Source: an uncultured cyanobacterium (lineage in GTDB: Bacteria; Cyanobacteriota; Cyanobacteriia; Cyanobacteriales; CAWCAG01). From it: a stretch of 64,000 nt of DNA. The translations under genes and the position numbers were made by a program. The DNA lies in assembly GCA_963803805.1 (NCBI GenBank), contig CAWDOD010000002.1:1120001-1184000 (forward strand). Direction: 5' to 3'. The notes beneath the pieces are model-generated. The model was given only the letters and a program-made list of their open reading frames with translations. It did no database searches and had not been told where the DNA came from. This document shows, piece after piece, positions 1-10,630 of the stretch (positions are counted from its first letter, which is position 1; the number at the start of each line of letters is the position of its first letter).

Positions 1-2
1 AG

Positions 3-782
3 AGAACTTTTACTCTCAATTTATACAACCTTACTGCCCAAACTGATATTATTCGTCTTGATGATGATCCTGTAATCAAACGTCTAGATTGGCAACAAGT
101 AACTCCATCACAAGTACGCTATACCTTTAACCTTAAATCTGAAAAACAATGGGGCTATGACCTGAGATATGAAGGGAATAATCTCATTCTGTCCTTACGT
201 CATCCCCCCTCCATACCTAAAAATTCTCTACAAGGTATTAGCATTTTAATTGATCCTGGTCACGGAGGAGAAGAACTAGGAGCAAGGGGACCTAATGGCT
301 TGCCGGAAAAGGAGATTAATTTAATTGTTTCTAAGCTATTACAACAAGAATTGGTGGCGCGGGGAGCAACAGTTTATATGACTAGAGAAACTGATATTGC
401 TGTTTCTTTAGGGGATAGAGTAGAAGCAATCAATAAACTACAACCCACTTTAGCTTTATCCGTTCACTATAACGCTTTACCTGATAGTGGTGATGCTCTC
501 AATACCGCAGGAATTGGTATGTTTTGGTATCATCCCCAAGCCCATGCTTTAGCTGTGCATCTGCAAAATTACTTAGTTGAGGAATTAAGCCGTCCTTCCT
601 ATGGGGTGTTTTGGAATAACCTAGCTTTAACTCGTCCCCATAGCGCCCCAAGTTTGCTAATGGAATTAGGTTTTATGATTAATCCTGAAGAGTTTGAGTG
701 GGTAACGAATCATCAGGAACAGCAAAAACTAGCTCAGACAATAGCAGCAGGAATATCTATTTGGTTGCAAGAACAACGTTAG
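3..782 (+). CDS. N-acetylmuramoyl-L-alanine amidase (Amidase_3), 5'-truncated by window
   Basis: The frame is open from base 3 (RTFTLNLYNLTAQTDIIRLDD...). It contains the Zn-amidase motifs ILIDPGHGG, EK, LSVHYNA and LLMELGFM. Confidence 0.9.
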   Translation, partial: RTFTLNLYNLTAQTDIIRLDDDPVIKRLDWQQVTPSQVRYTFNLKSEKQWGYDLRYEGNNLILSLRHPPSIPKNSLQGISILIDPGHGGEELGARGPNGLPEKEINLIVSKLLQQELVARGATVYMTRETDIAVSLGDRVEAINKLQPTLALSVHYNALPDSGDALNTAGIGMFWYHPQAHALAVHLQNYLVEELSRPSYGVFWNNLALTRPHSAPSLLMELGFMINPEEFEWVTNHQEQQKLAQTIAAGISIWLQEQR

Positions 783-838
783 TTAATTAATAATTGGTTA
801 ATCTAATTTGACTTTTCAGCAATGACTAATTGTCATGA

Positions 839-946
839 TTATTTTTCGTTTTCGGCTGATTTCACTACAACCCATTTCCCTGTTTTAGGGTCGCGGCGAG
901 TTGTAAAAGGGTTTTTTTGCAAAGGCTTTTGACAAAGTTTAGGCAT
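839..946 (-). CDS. Unannotated 35-aa small protein MPKLCQKPLQKNPFTTRRDPKTGKWVVVKSAENEK
   Basis: Manual translation of an ATG-to-TAA frame with a strong GGGAGG SD upstream. The NPFxTxRDPxTGKW motif resembles short cyanobacterial hypothetical proteins (recollection only). Confidence 0.65.
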   Translation of the reverse strand: MPKLCQKPLQKNPFTTRRDPKTGKWVVVKSAENEK

Positions 947-1092
947 TTTTATTTCCTCCCTAGCTGCCATAGCAAGAACCTCTATATACCAATGAAACTT
1001 GCTTGTATAACAATATTGATATTGTAAAGAAGAGATGAAGAAATCTTGGTGATTAAAGACTTGATAAAAATGTGATTCTTTTAAGGCTTAAA

Positions 1093-1108
1093 AGTGACAT
1101 TTGTCACA
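1093..1108. promoter_or_regulatory. Putative CRP-family binding site
   Basis: The minus strand reads TGTGA-CAAATG-TCACT, a 9/10 match to TGTGA-N6-TCACA, about 150 nt upstream of the small ORF. Confidence 0.4.
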
Positions 1109-1276
1109 GTGATAATACTTAAAATAAAATTCTTTTTATAAATAAAAATTTTCCCTTCAATATTTAATCTTAGTAGTAATTCACATTATTAAAACAAAAC
1201 AATATTGATTTTGAGCATCTAATTAGTTTAAGCCCCCTAATCAGAGAGCTTAAACTAACTGCAATTGTTAGACAAA

Positions 1277-3697
1277 TTACCGATAATTATGTTGTTCGAG
1301 AATTTGTTTAGCCCGTGGCTTATAAATCAAATAAAACAGTGATTCGAGATAGCGGAATAAATCTTCACGATTTTCGTGGGAAGTAAAGTTCCAGAAACCG
1401 TAAATCCGCGCCAAAGACAAGAGTTTGGTGGTGTGAATTTTCCAGGTATAAGTACTATATACTCGCTCCATCCCTTTTTGAGAAATTTCCTGCCAGTAAT
1501 TAGGTTCTTTTTCACACCTGATGACAAATTCTAGAATTTTTTCAGCAGTTTCTTCTAAGTTAGTAGGGTTAATGTAGAAACCGTTGACCCGATCTTGGAT
1601 GATTTCTAAAGGTCCGCCAAATTGAGTTCCAAAGGTAGGCAAACCGGAAATCATCGCTTCTAGAATAGTTAAACCAAAAGCTTCAAACAAAGCTGGCTGT
1701 ACAAATATGCCTTGATGGTCAGCAATAATACGATAAACTTCCCCTGAATCATTTTTAGGTAGTCTGACACCTAACCAACGTATTTTCCCGTGGAGGTTGT
1801 ATTCTTCGATGATTCGATAAAGCTTTTCAATTTCTTCAATCTCTTCTTTATCGTCAGAATCTTCTACTCGTAACTTTCCTGAAATAATGATTAAGTTACA
1901 ATGCTTTTGTAACTCTGGAGAACGACCGAAACATTCTGCTAAACCAGTTATGTTTTTGATTCTGTCTAACCGCGCTACGGAAAATAGGGGACGTTTACTA
2001 GGTTCATCTAACTTCCCAAAAACTTGGCTAGGATCTTCAAGATTAAACAAAAGTTCCTCTAATTGTTCTACTCGATTAGGAGTCCTATCGTTATTACGGG
2101 TGTAAGGGAAATAAACGCTTTCATTTACTCCTGGGGGAACAACGTTGAACTTAGGAGAGAATAATTCAATACCACTAACTACGTGATATAAATCTGGCAT
2201 GGTAAAGCTTTCATAAGACTCATATTGTCCTATACTATCTGGTTTACCGACAATTTCTTGATAGGTACTGCTAATAATACAATTGGCTGCATTCATAGCA
2301 ATTAAATCAGCCGTAAATTGGAGAGAAAAATGATAATTATCTTCCAAATCCTGCCAATATAAATTACTGAACAAATACTTTGATTTTTCCAAAGCATGGG
2401 CAACATTAAACTGAGTTACTCCCAGTCGTCTTGCTAGCAAGAAAGCAACCAAGTTACCATCAGAATAATTACCAACAATAAAGTCGGGTTTGCCTTGAAA
2501 CTCGGCATAAAGTTCCTTTTCAGCATCAATAGCGTAGGTTTCTAAATAAGGCCAAATTTCAAAGCGAGAAATCCAATTTTGAGTCATGTTAGGATTGAAT
2601 TCTCGGAATGGTACACGCAAAATCCAAGCATTTTCCGCGCCGTATACTTTCTCCAGGCGTTCGTTACAACGAGTACCATCGCTATTAGGAATTAAACGAG
2701 AAAGGATAATTACTTTCGGTTTGACGTTTAAACCATCTAAGCCAGCTAGACGAATATCTTCTTTAAGCTGTTTTTCTAAGTTAACGGCTTGGTCAAGAAC
2801 ATAAACAACCTGTCCCCCTGTATCCGGCCTTCCCAAAACCTTTTCTTGTCCAAACCAGCCGTGAATAGAAACAAGGACGATACGGAAAATCATGGGGATG
2901 CGAGAAAGGAATGCTTCTAAGACTTTATCTTCAGGAGAGTCTAAGAGTTCGTCTAGCATTTCTAGAGTTTCTTGTACCCGGCTGGCTGTATTTCCCCAAC
3001 CCGGTTCAAAACCCATATCCTGAAGTTCAAAGCGAAATTCTTCATAGGGTCTATCACCTGGTAAATCGCTAAGAAAACTTAAGGCATTTTTAACTTGGTC
3101 AGAAAGATGCTGCTGATTTTTAATCCGTCCGTTAATTAGTAAAGTTGTGCCATTATAACTATGTAAGTTCAGGAAAGAAAAGAGAGCTTCTAGCCATTGT
3201 CGCGGATCTTGGAAGAGTTTACTGGAAAGAAAGCGATTGAGAAAAGTAACTCCTTTACCAATATTTTTAGAATCGCGAATGGTAGGAGAATAATCATAAA
3301 AAGGTTGGAAATCTATTTCAAAAACATCCCCTTCTTCAGGATGAAAATGATTAACAAAACGATCTCTTACGTCTAGCAGTTCCTCAATGCTTAGCCTTTC
3401 AACTGTTAAATCTCCTAAAATTCTATAGCTTTCTTGTTTAGCAATTTTAGGTCGCAATACTATGCACAAACTCTCTTCTTCAAGAAGAATTTCTTGGGTA
3501 TAATAAATCATTTTACCCAGGCGAGAAGAGTTATAGAAACTCTCTGGCTTCTGTGATTTTTGACAAAAATCAGTAAAAGCACCCAATATTTCGTTACGCA
3601 GCAAATAATGCTGTTCTAGTCCTTGTAACTCACTGAAAAATTCTCGTAGATCGCTTTTTTCTTCAGAATCGAGAACCGCATCAATTAAATTGAACAT
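1277..3697 (-). CDS. susA: Sucrose synthase (GT4)
   Basis: 806 aa with motifs GRPDTGGQVVYVLDQ, GNYSDGNLVA, HALEKSKY and QPALFEAFGLT. Confidence 0.96.
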   Translation of the reverse strand: MFNLIDAVLDSEEKSDLREFFSELQGLEQHYLLRNEILGAFTDFCQKSQKPESFYNSSRLGKMIYYTQEILLEEESLCIVLRPKIAKQESYRILGDLTVERLSIEELLDVRDRFVNHFHPEEGDVFEIDFQPFYDYSPTIRDSKNIGKGVTFLNRFLSSKLFQDPRQWLEALFSFLNLHSYNGTTLLINGRIKNQQHLSDQVKNALSFLSDLPGDRPYEEFRFELQDMGFEPGWGNTASRVQETLEMLDELLDSPEDKVLEAFLSRIPMIFRIVLVSIHGWFGQEKVLGRPDTGGQVVYVLDQAVNLEKQLKEDIRLAGLDGLNVKPKVIILSRLIPNSDGTRCNERLEKVYGAENAWILRVPFREFNPNMTQNWISRFEIWPYLETYAIDAEKELYAEFQGKPDFIVGNYSDGNLVAFLLARRLGVTQFNVAHALEKSKYLFSNLYWQDLEDNYHFSLQFTADLIAMNAANCIISSTYQEIVGKPDSIGQYESYESFTMPDLYHVVSGIELFSPKFNVVPPGVNESVYFPYTRNNDRTPNRVEQLEELLFNLEDPSQVFGKLDEPSKRPLFSVARLDRIKNITGLAECFGRSPELQKHCNLIIISGKLRVEDSDDKEEIEEIEKLYRIIEEYNLHGKIRWLGVRLPKNDSGEVYRIIADHQGIFVQPALFEAFGLTILEAMISGLPTFGTQFGGPLEIIQDRVNGFYINPTNLEETAEKILEFVIRCEKEPNYWQEISQKGMERVYSTYTWKIHTTKLLSLARIYGFWNFTSHENREDLFRYLESLFYLIYKPRAKQILEQHNYR

Positions 3698-3931
3698 GAA
3701 AATTCCTTAACAGCCTAGCAATTATGAACTAACTACATGAAAATCCACGAATCCCACTTATGTTTTAAGTTTTGGAGGATTCGATAAATTGGTGAATTGA
3801 TAATTTACCGTTATTTGTTCTTTAAGTTGAATGAATAACAGCAAATAGCTAACTTGAAACCCGTCTTGCGTAACCAACTTAAGGGTAAATATTGCAGTGT
3901 TTCAAAAAACAGACATAGCTATCTTAGGAAC

Positions 3932-3971
3932 AGACTTTGTACTGATCATCTAGATGATCAGTACAAAGTCT
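3932..3971. repeat. Perfect 40-bp palindrome with no spacer
   Basis: AGACTTTGTACTGATCATCT|AGATGATCAGTACAAAGTCT. Confidence 0.95.
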
Positions 3972-4115
3972 TATTCCCTAACAAGAATTGCTAGCCTTAG
4001 TTACGAGTTGAGCAGTTACACATCTCGTTTTCAACTATAAACTATCTATCATCTAAGATGAAATAATTAATCTTGAAATGTAGATAATTTTTTATTAGGC
4101 TGTCATCTATATAAA

Positions 4116-5639
4116 TTAAAGATTGTAAAGTTTGCCATATTTAGTTTTGATGTAATTCATAAGTGGTTCAATGCGTAACTTCGTACCTGTGACTAACTTA
4201 ATCAACTCTTCTGGAGTGTACTTCTTGCCATGTTGGTGAATATTCTCTTTAAGCCAACTGTGTAATGTGCTAAAGTTACCTCTGGCGATTTGAGTAGGTA
4301 TTTCTGGATGAGCCGATATAGCCGCATCGAAAAATTGACAGCCAATTAAATTACCCAAAGTGTAGCCTTGGAACATACCGCCAATTTTTCCTGTATACCA
4401 GTGAACATCTTGTAAAACTCCTTCGCGATCGCTCTTAGGTGTAATACCAAGGTTCTTAAAGTAAAGTTCATTCCAAGCTTCAGGGAGGTCTTTAATAGCT
4501 AAGCTACCTTCGAGCATTTGGATTTCAAGATCAAAGCGGATCATAACGTGAAGATTATAGGTTACTTCATCAGCGTCAGTACGAATCAATGATCTCCTAA
4601 CTTTATTAATCCCTCGGTAAAAAGTATCCAAAGGCACTTGATTTAGTTGTTCGGGGAAAAATGCTTGTAATTTAGGATAGAAAAATGTCCAAAACTCTCT
4701 ACTACGACCGACAATATTTTCCCAAAGGCGAGACTGGCTTTCATGAACCCCAGAAGAAGTACCACTAGCTAGAGGAGTTCCTTCATAACAGGGATCTATG
4801 CCTTGTTCGTACAAACCATGACCCATTTCATGAATAGTGCTGAAAAGAGCTTGATCAAGATTATTTTCGTAGACGCGAGTAGTAATCCGTACATCCCCAA
4901 TTGAAAAAGGAATCATAAAAGGATGATGAGTTGTATCCTGTCGTCCTCTTCGGAAATCATAACCTAGCTGTTTGATAATTCTTATGGTAAAGTCTAACTG
5001 TTGTGCTTCAGGATAATATTGGTGCAAACAACTATCATCAGCAGGCTCTTGGGCGCAAATTGTCTCGACAATGGGAACTAGCTCTTGGCGTAGTTGATTA
5101 AATAGTTGTCGCACAGTAGAAGTTTTCATGCCATAGTCAAGCTGCTCAATTAGAGGATCAGCAATATGTTCATAGCTAGGGAAGAAATTCGCATATTCTC
5201 GACTCAGTTCTAAAGTTTTTTCTAGGTAGGGCTGAATACTTTTGAAGTCATTAGCTGGTCTTGCTTTAGTCCAAACTTCATAGGTTTGAGTTTGATGTTC
5301 CGATAGCTGAGCCATAAACTTCCCTGGAACCTGTACCGCCCTTTCATACTTGCGACGAGTGACGCGGATTAAACTGGCATCATCTGATTCGTAAGGAAGG
5401 TTGTTTTCGTAAGAGCGTAAATTCTCTAGTAGCTGGCCAAATTCTTCAGAAGTAAACTTTTCGTGAGCGATTTGATCTAACGTTGCTAGTTGTTCTCCTC
5501 TTGCTCTAGCACCCCCAGGGGGCATATAAGTTGCTTGATCCCAGTAGAGTAAAGCCGCAGCACATTCAAGATGATTTATTTCCTTGAGACGGGTTTTTAA
5601 TTCTTGAAATTTTGGATGAGTTTTTTCGAGAGTTTGCAT
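4116..5639 (-). CDS. Carboxypeptidase M32 (Taq-like)
   Basis: Motifs HPF, DVRITTR, HEMGH (HExxH), HESQS, IRTDADE and QDVHW. Confidence 0.95.
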   Translation of the reverse strand: MQTLEKTHPKFQELKTRLKEINHLECAAALLYWDQATYMPPGGARARGEQLATLDQIAHEKFTSEEFGQLLENLRSYENNLPYESDDASLIRVTRRKYERAVQVPGKFMAQLSEHQTQTYEVWTKARPANDFKSIQPYLEKTLELSREYANFFPSYEHIADPLIEQLDYGMKTSTVRQLFNQLRQELVPIVETICAQEPADDSCLHQYYPEAQQLDFTIRIIKQLGYDFRRGRQDTTHHPFMIPFSIGDVRITTRVYENNLDQALFSTIHEMGHGLYEQGIDPCYEGTPLASGTSSGVHESQSRLWENIVGRSREFWTFFYPKLQAFFPEQLNQVPLDTFYRGINKVRRSLIRTDADEVTYNLHVMIRFDLEIQMLEGSLAIKDLPEAWNELYFKNLGITPKSDREGVLQDVHWYTGKIGGMFQGYTLGNLIGCQFFDAAISAHPEIPTQIARGNFSTLHSWLKENIHQHGKKYTPEELIKLVTGTKLRIEPLMNYIKTKYGKLYNL

Positions 5640-6344
5640 ATCTAGTTAATTATTTTGCTCCTGGTGTAGTTTCTGTTAAATAGCCACTGGCTCTGAGATA
5701 AGAGCTATAGGTCGAGAAACTTGAATTTAATAATCTTAATGCTACCGATCACCCTGAAAAATGCTCCTTGGTAAGAATAAAGAACTAAACAGATGTACTG
5801 ATTGGAGAGATTCTTACCTAGAAAGACCTGAAGACCAGAGGGAGAGTAGTAATATTTAATTAAAAGGCACATAGTTCAGCCTGTAGCTTTTTCTACGACT
5901 AAACTTCTACCTTTCATCAAACACCTCTTCACGGTTTTAGTAATTAAATAATGAAATGGGATTGTTTTCTCTAAGTTAGAAAAATATTATTGAAAACAAA
6001 GCCAAGTCAGATAATAGGTATGTGGCTACCACGCTTTTGAACCAATAACTATTGAGATGAGGCTAATAATTCGAGGGTTTAGCCATTGATAAGCCCGTCT
6101 CACTAGTTTGTAGATGCTGATTCTCAACTTCTTAGTTTGATGTTAGAAGATAATTGCATTTCAGCTAAACTTACCTTGACAACATTCAACCTGTGATTGT
6201 AGAGCGTAGTTTTCACTTATAACATTTCTATCGATATGAATCCATAGTTATAGGAAGATTTGCTACTAGTGGATGAGGGAGCTAAGGGGGAGGAAGATAG
6301 ATAAAGTCAGCAGATTGAAGGCTAAACAATCTTATCGAGAGAGT

Positions 6345-7538
6345 TTAAGCAATACTACCTCTTTTACGAGCTTCCTTAGAAGAAATTCCGACATTACGCA
6401 AGCCAGCACGAATCATCTGTTGTTCTAGTAAAGCAAAAAAACGAGCGCGATCGCCTCCTCTAACTACGGCTTGATTATGAGATTCTGCTAGGGCCACAGG
6501 ATAACCATAACCTTTACTAACTTGGGCTAACGTCAAACTTAAGGATTGGTCAAATAGCTGTGTATCTTCTGCTACCCAAGTCGGAACTTCAATACGGGCA
6601 ATTTCTGTCCCGACATTGACGTAACAAAAACAAATCTTTTGGCTAGGTTCATATAACTCCAAAATCCTAGAGGAACTACGCCATAAAGGGCCCCTTTGTC
6701 CTAGTTCTAAATTAACTGACAGAGTTGTATCCCTTAAAGGTTCAACGATTTGACAAGGTAAAGATTCTGGCTTACCACCGCAATTTGTGATGCAATCAGG
6801 AGTTTCATGAGGACAGGCTTGCAGTCGTAGGAAATTTGTTGCTTCGCCGCTACGAGAAGCACTGAGATAACCCAAAAGAGGAACTTTGGCTTGATATAGC
6901 TGCTCCCAGGCTGCCAAAAGAGGAGTTAAAAGAAGTTCTTGGGCTTCTGTGGGCAAACTTTCTAAAAACCAATATATTAAGGAACCATCCACCATAGCAA
7001 GATTAGGAATATGCTGGTGAGAACCTGGAGGATTAACCCAACGACAGGCCATTTCTGCCAAAACTTGCGCTTCAGATACAGTGCGGCGATGTCCCATCCA
7101 CTCGTCGGTACGAATCCCCCACTGACGGGAAATATAGAGGTCTTCTCGTTTGTAAAATATTTCTGGCAGATTATCTAGTAGAGGATGTAAACTCTGACCA
7201 TAATGCAACATCACCCTACCGATATTAATTAAGTAACAATAGGCAATTTCGTGGTGAGAAGGGGAAATTTGTGAACCATCTGTAGCGAAGACACTATGGC
7301 TTGTAGGGGCTGGTTTAATATCAATACGAGTGTCAAGGGGTTCTAAGGGAACAGCCGCTGTAAAAATGAGGCGATCACCCCAAGCTTTTTGTCTTTTTAC
7401 TAGTTCTTGTTGTTCACTGCAAGCTTGTTGTAATAAGACTTGGGCCCGTTCCCAACGTTGGCGACTAGCAGTTGCTTCTCCCCGCAGATGTTGACTAATG
7501 CCGGGGAGTTGTCCTGCAAGTTTAGCGAGATCGAGCAT
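6345..7538 (-). CDS. NurA-domain nuclease family protein
   Basis: Motifs ATDGSQ, MVDGSL and GYGYPVALAESHNQAVV. Confidence 0.88.
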   Translation of the reverse strand: MLDLAKLAGQLPGISQHLRGEATASRQRWERAQVLLQQACSEQQELVKRQKAWGDRLIFTAAVPLEPLDTRIDIKPAPTSHSVFATDGSQISPSHHEIAYCYLINIGRVMLHYGQSLHPLLDNLPEIFYKREDLYISRQWGIRTDEWMGHRRTVSEAQVLAEMACRWVNPPGSHQHIPNLAMVDGSLIYWFLESLPTEAQELLLTPLLAAWEQLYQAKVPLLGYLSASRSGEATNFLRLQACPHETPDCITNCGGKPESLPCQIVEPLRDTTLSVNLELGQRGPLWRSSSRILELYEPSQKICFCYVNVGTEIARIEVPTWVAEDTQLFDQSLSLTLAQVSKGYGYPVALAESHNQAVVRGGDRARFFALLEQQMIRAGLRNVGISSKEARKRGSIA

Positions 7539-7567
7539 AGGGCAGTTTGACCTTAAACGGTAAATAG

Positions 7568-8098
7568 TTAAAAGCGAATCAAACTCTCACTTTTATCAGA
7601 CTTAAGATACTCTGTATTGACCCTGGATTCTCTAACTAGGGAAATTTTGCCAGTGCGGGCAATTTCGCGAATGCCAAATTTGCCTAACATTTGGACAATA
7701 GCAACCATTTTACCGGGATCTCCGACTACTTCTACTGTTAAGCTATCTTCGGAAGTATCTACTACCCTGGCACGAAAAATATTAGCAATTTCAACAACTT
7801 CAGAACGGTTAGAAGCTGTAGCATTGACCTTGAGTAGCATTAACTCTCTCTCTACACAGGGAACTTCTGTTACATCTTGAACCTTGAGGACGTGAATGAG
7901 CTTATAGAGTTGTTTGATTAACTGCTCAATGCTGCGGTCATCTCCGGGGACTAACATAGTAATACGGGAGATACCAGATTTTTCTGCTGGCCCTACAGCT
8001 AAACTTTCGATATTGAAGCCTCGGCGAGCAAATAAGCCAGCGATGCGGGTCAAAACGCCTGCTTCATCTTCAACTAATACGGAAATAGTATGCTTCAT
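7568..8098 (-). CDS. ilvH: Acetolactate synthase small (regulatory) subunit
   Basis: ACT domain [33 protein letters not shown]. The ATG at 8098, preceded by AGGGAGA, is preferred over the 8119 start. Confidence 0.95.
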   Translation of the reverse strand: MKHTISVLVEDEAGVLTRIAGLFARRGFNIESLAVGPAEKSGISRITMLVPGDDRSIEQLIKQLYKLIHVLKVQDVTEVPCVERELMLLKVNATASNRSEVVEIANIFRARVVDTSEDSLTVEVVGDPGKMVAIVQMLGKFGIREIARTGKISLVRESRVNTEYLKSDKSESLIRF

Positions 8099-8266
8099 TA
8101 TCTCTCCCTTGGTAGACACAAAGTAAGAATTTAGTTGCTATGTTGCCCAAATTTAAGACCAATGACTTGATAGTTAATCTCTTCCTTGGTAGGTTACTTA
8201 ACCGTAAATATAAATATATTCTCATAATATAGATGATTAACTTTCAACTTTAGGAGTCAATTTGTT

Positions 8267-8632
8267 ATGGGTTGGTTAAAAAGAATTTTTGGCAAGGAAA
8301 AGAAATCTTCTTCTAGTGCAAGCAAGAGTAAGAGTTCCGCTAGTTTTTCTGCACCTGCTAGCAGTAGCAAATCTAGTTCTAGTATTCCTCCAGAGAAAGT
8401 CGGTTTAGATGGAGAGTTTGATGAAAGTGGTTTAGCAAAAAGGGTAGCGTTAGCTTTTGATGAAGATGCCCAACTAGACGATATTGAAACTCTTTGGGTA
8501 GCTCAACTTGGTAGCCAGGTGGTTTTAAAAGGAACCGTTCCTAGTCAGGATTTCTTAGATAAAATGGTTTCTGTGGCTAAAAAAGTTGATGGAGCAGACA
8601 GCGTTTCTACTGAGCAAGTCACAGTAGGTTGA
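8267..8632 (+). CDS. BON (phospholipid-binding) domain protein
   Basis: MGWLKRIFG start, Ser-rich linker, then SGLAKRVALAFDED...VVLKGTVP. AGGAG SD upstream. Confidence 0.85.
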   Translation: MGWLKRIFGKEKKSSSSASKSKSSASFSAPASSSKSSSSIPPEKVGLDGEFDESGLAKRVALAFDEDAQLDDIETLWVAQLGSQVVLKGTVPSQDFLDKMVSVAKKVDGADSVSTEQVTVG

Positions 8633-8667
8633 AAAATTCAACTTTAAATTAAGTTAAAGGTCAAAAT

Positions 8668-8696
8668 TTAGAGACGTTTCGCCGGAACGTCTCTAA
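8668..8696. repeat. REP-like hairpin between convergent genes (possible terminator)
   Basis: TTAGAGACGTT-tcgccgg-AACGTCTCTAA, with 11-bp arms. Confidence 0.7.
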
Positions 8697-9611
8697 GACA
8701 TTGCTCTTGCAAAGTGTTTTTCTAACCAAGCTAACAAAAGAGTATTAAATCTCTCCGGACATTCATCATGAAGACAATGTCCTGCTTGGTCTAACTCTAC
8801 CAACTCTATTTTTGAATTGAGTTCTGCTAAAGGTCTAGCTAAAGCAAAAGGAACCATGCGGTCTTCTGTTCCCCAGAGAAGTAATATCGGTATGGTTAAG
8901 TTGGGTAAGATGGCCTGCCGAAGGAGTGAAGTTAGGATGGCTAGCGCCTCGAAACAAGCTGGCAAAAGCTTTATCTGCATCTTCATCAAGAGCAGGGGCC
9001 GTTAATATTCCCACTAATTCTTCGGTAATAGCTCCCCGTTGGGTATAAGCTACTCTAGCCCAAATATCAACTACTTTAGGCTGCCTCACTAGCTTAAAAA
9101 CCATCTTTAACAAAGGGGGGAAAGCGATAAGGGCTTTAGTTCTAGCCTCCCAAGACTTGACCCATTTGGGTAAGTTTTTTTGTAGTAGGGAAGTATCTGG
9201 AACGCTAATCATAGCTAGACCTGCTACCATTTCTGGGTGGGCTGCTGCGGCTGCAAAACAGACCAAAGAACCAAGGGAATTTCCCACTAAAACCACAGGA
9301 CGCTGAATAAAAGTTTGCCAGAAATCGTAAACCTGCTCAACCCAAAGGGCAATACTATAATCTGTATCAGCCTTTTTTGAACCACCAAAGCCTAACAAAT
9401 CCAGAGCATAAACTCTATGTTCTTTTCCTAAAATTGGTAGATTAGAGCGCCAATGCTCAATAGATGCACCAAAGCCATGTAGTAAAATAAGAGGAGTTTT
9501 GGATTGCTTGTCTGGAATTAAAGGTTGTACAAAAGTGTAGCGAGTTTGCCAACCTCGCCAAACCCAGTCTCTTTGGTTACCGATGCGCTGTTGCCAATCA
9601 ATTGACACCAT
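8693..9611 (-). CDS. Alpha/beta hydrolase, frameshifted near 8915 (pseudogene or sequencing indel)
   Basis: HGFGAS and the GNSLG nucleophile elbow lie in the 8835..9611 frame. LLWGTEDRMVP and AGHCLHDE lie in the 8693..8989 frame. Confidence 0.85.
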
Positions 9612-9865
9612 TAAACTATCAAGTTAAGTTTAAAAAGTTTTACAATATATTGTAATCGATGGCAAATTTTTAAGTTATGGGTTAGAAGATTGGTAAAGAT
9701 CAAGTTAAACTTTAGGTTCCTATGAATTAGAGCAACTAAAACATAAGTTAACAATCTCAACAGAATTTTCAGGAAAGTAAGTAAAATGAACATATAGATT
9801 CAGTCTAACTTTCCTAGTCAATTACTACAAAACACCATTAATTTAAGCAGATTAAAAATACGCCT

Positions 9866-10393
9866 GTGAAAGACAGAAGACGCAATCGCGATCTACCCCA
9901 AATTAACGAAAGGATTCGTTTTCCTACAATCCGTGTCATTGATAACGAACGCAACCAGCTAGGAATTCTTTCGCCAGAAGAGGCTTTGAATATAGCTGAA
10001 GAAAGAGGGCTGGATCTCGTCTTAGTCAGTGAAACCGCAGATCCTCCTGTTTGCCGCATTATGGACTACGGCAAGTATAAATTCGAGCAGGACAAAAAGA
10101 AGAAAGACGCGAAGAAGAAACAGCATACGGCTGATGTTAAAGAAGTTAAGATGCGCTACAAAATTGAAGAACACGATTACAACGTGCGTGTCAATCAAGC
10201 AGAACGCTTTTTAAAATCGGGAGATAAGGTAAAAGCAACAATTACTTTTCGAGGTAGGGAAATTCAGCACTCAGATTTAGCGGAAGCTTTGCTCAAGCGC
10301 ATGGCAGATGATCTAACTGAATTAGCGGAAGTTCAGCAGTACCCAAAAAGGGAAGGACGCAACATGATGATGCTTCTTTCCCCTAAGAAGTAA
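9866..10393 (+). CDS. infC: Translation initiation factor IF-3
   Basis: Motifs [27 protein letters not shown] and [10 protein letters not shown]. There is no ATG start. Confidence 0.97.
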   Translation: MKDRRRNRDLPQINERIRFPTIRVIDNERNQLGILSPEEALNIAEERGLDLVLVSETADPPVCRIMDYGKYKFEQDKKKKDAKKKQHTADVKEVKMRYKIEEHDYNVRVNQAERFLKSGDKVKATITFRGREIQHSDLAEALLKRMADDLTELAEVQQYPKREGRNMMMLLSPKK

Positions 10394-10423
10394 GCCTGTA
10401 ACATTTACTTGAAATAACTGAGT

Positions 10424-10454
10424 AGGTTAGCATGACATTAAGCTGTGCTAACCT
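10424..10454 (+). terminator. Hairpin downstream of infC
   Basis: AGGTTAGCA-N13-TGCTAACCT, about 30 nt after the stop. No clear U-tract. Confidence 0.45.
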
Positions 10455-10630
10455 CATATATTCTTAGCCTATTGCAAGTATTATTTGCCCCTTGCTCTAG
10501 GCAGATGACAAATGATAGGTAATTTCCCTAAAACTAGTTATGCCCTGTATCATCCTTAGTAACAAGGCATAATTATTGCTTTTATAGCAGTTTGTTAGGA
10601 GGTTGACTATTTTAGCCCTCCCATAACTAA

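Noticed and set aside
5640..6344. 700-bp intergenic gap with a 13-codon minus-strand ORF (MKGRSLVVEKATG) behind a GAGGT SD
   Set aside because: Too short, with no recognisable motif or known ncRNA signature.
6345..7538. NurA as part of a HerA-NurA repair or defence system
   Set aside because: No HerA, Mre11 or Rad50 gene is nearby; it sits in housekeeping context beside ilvH.
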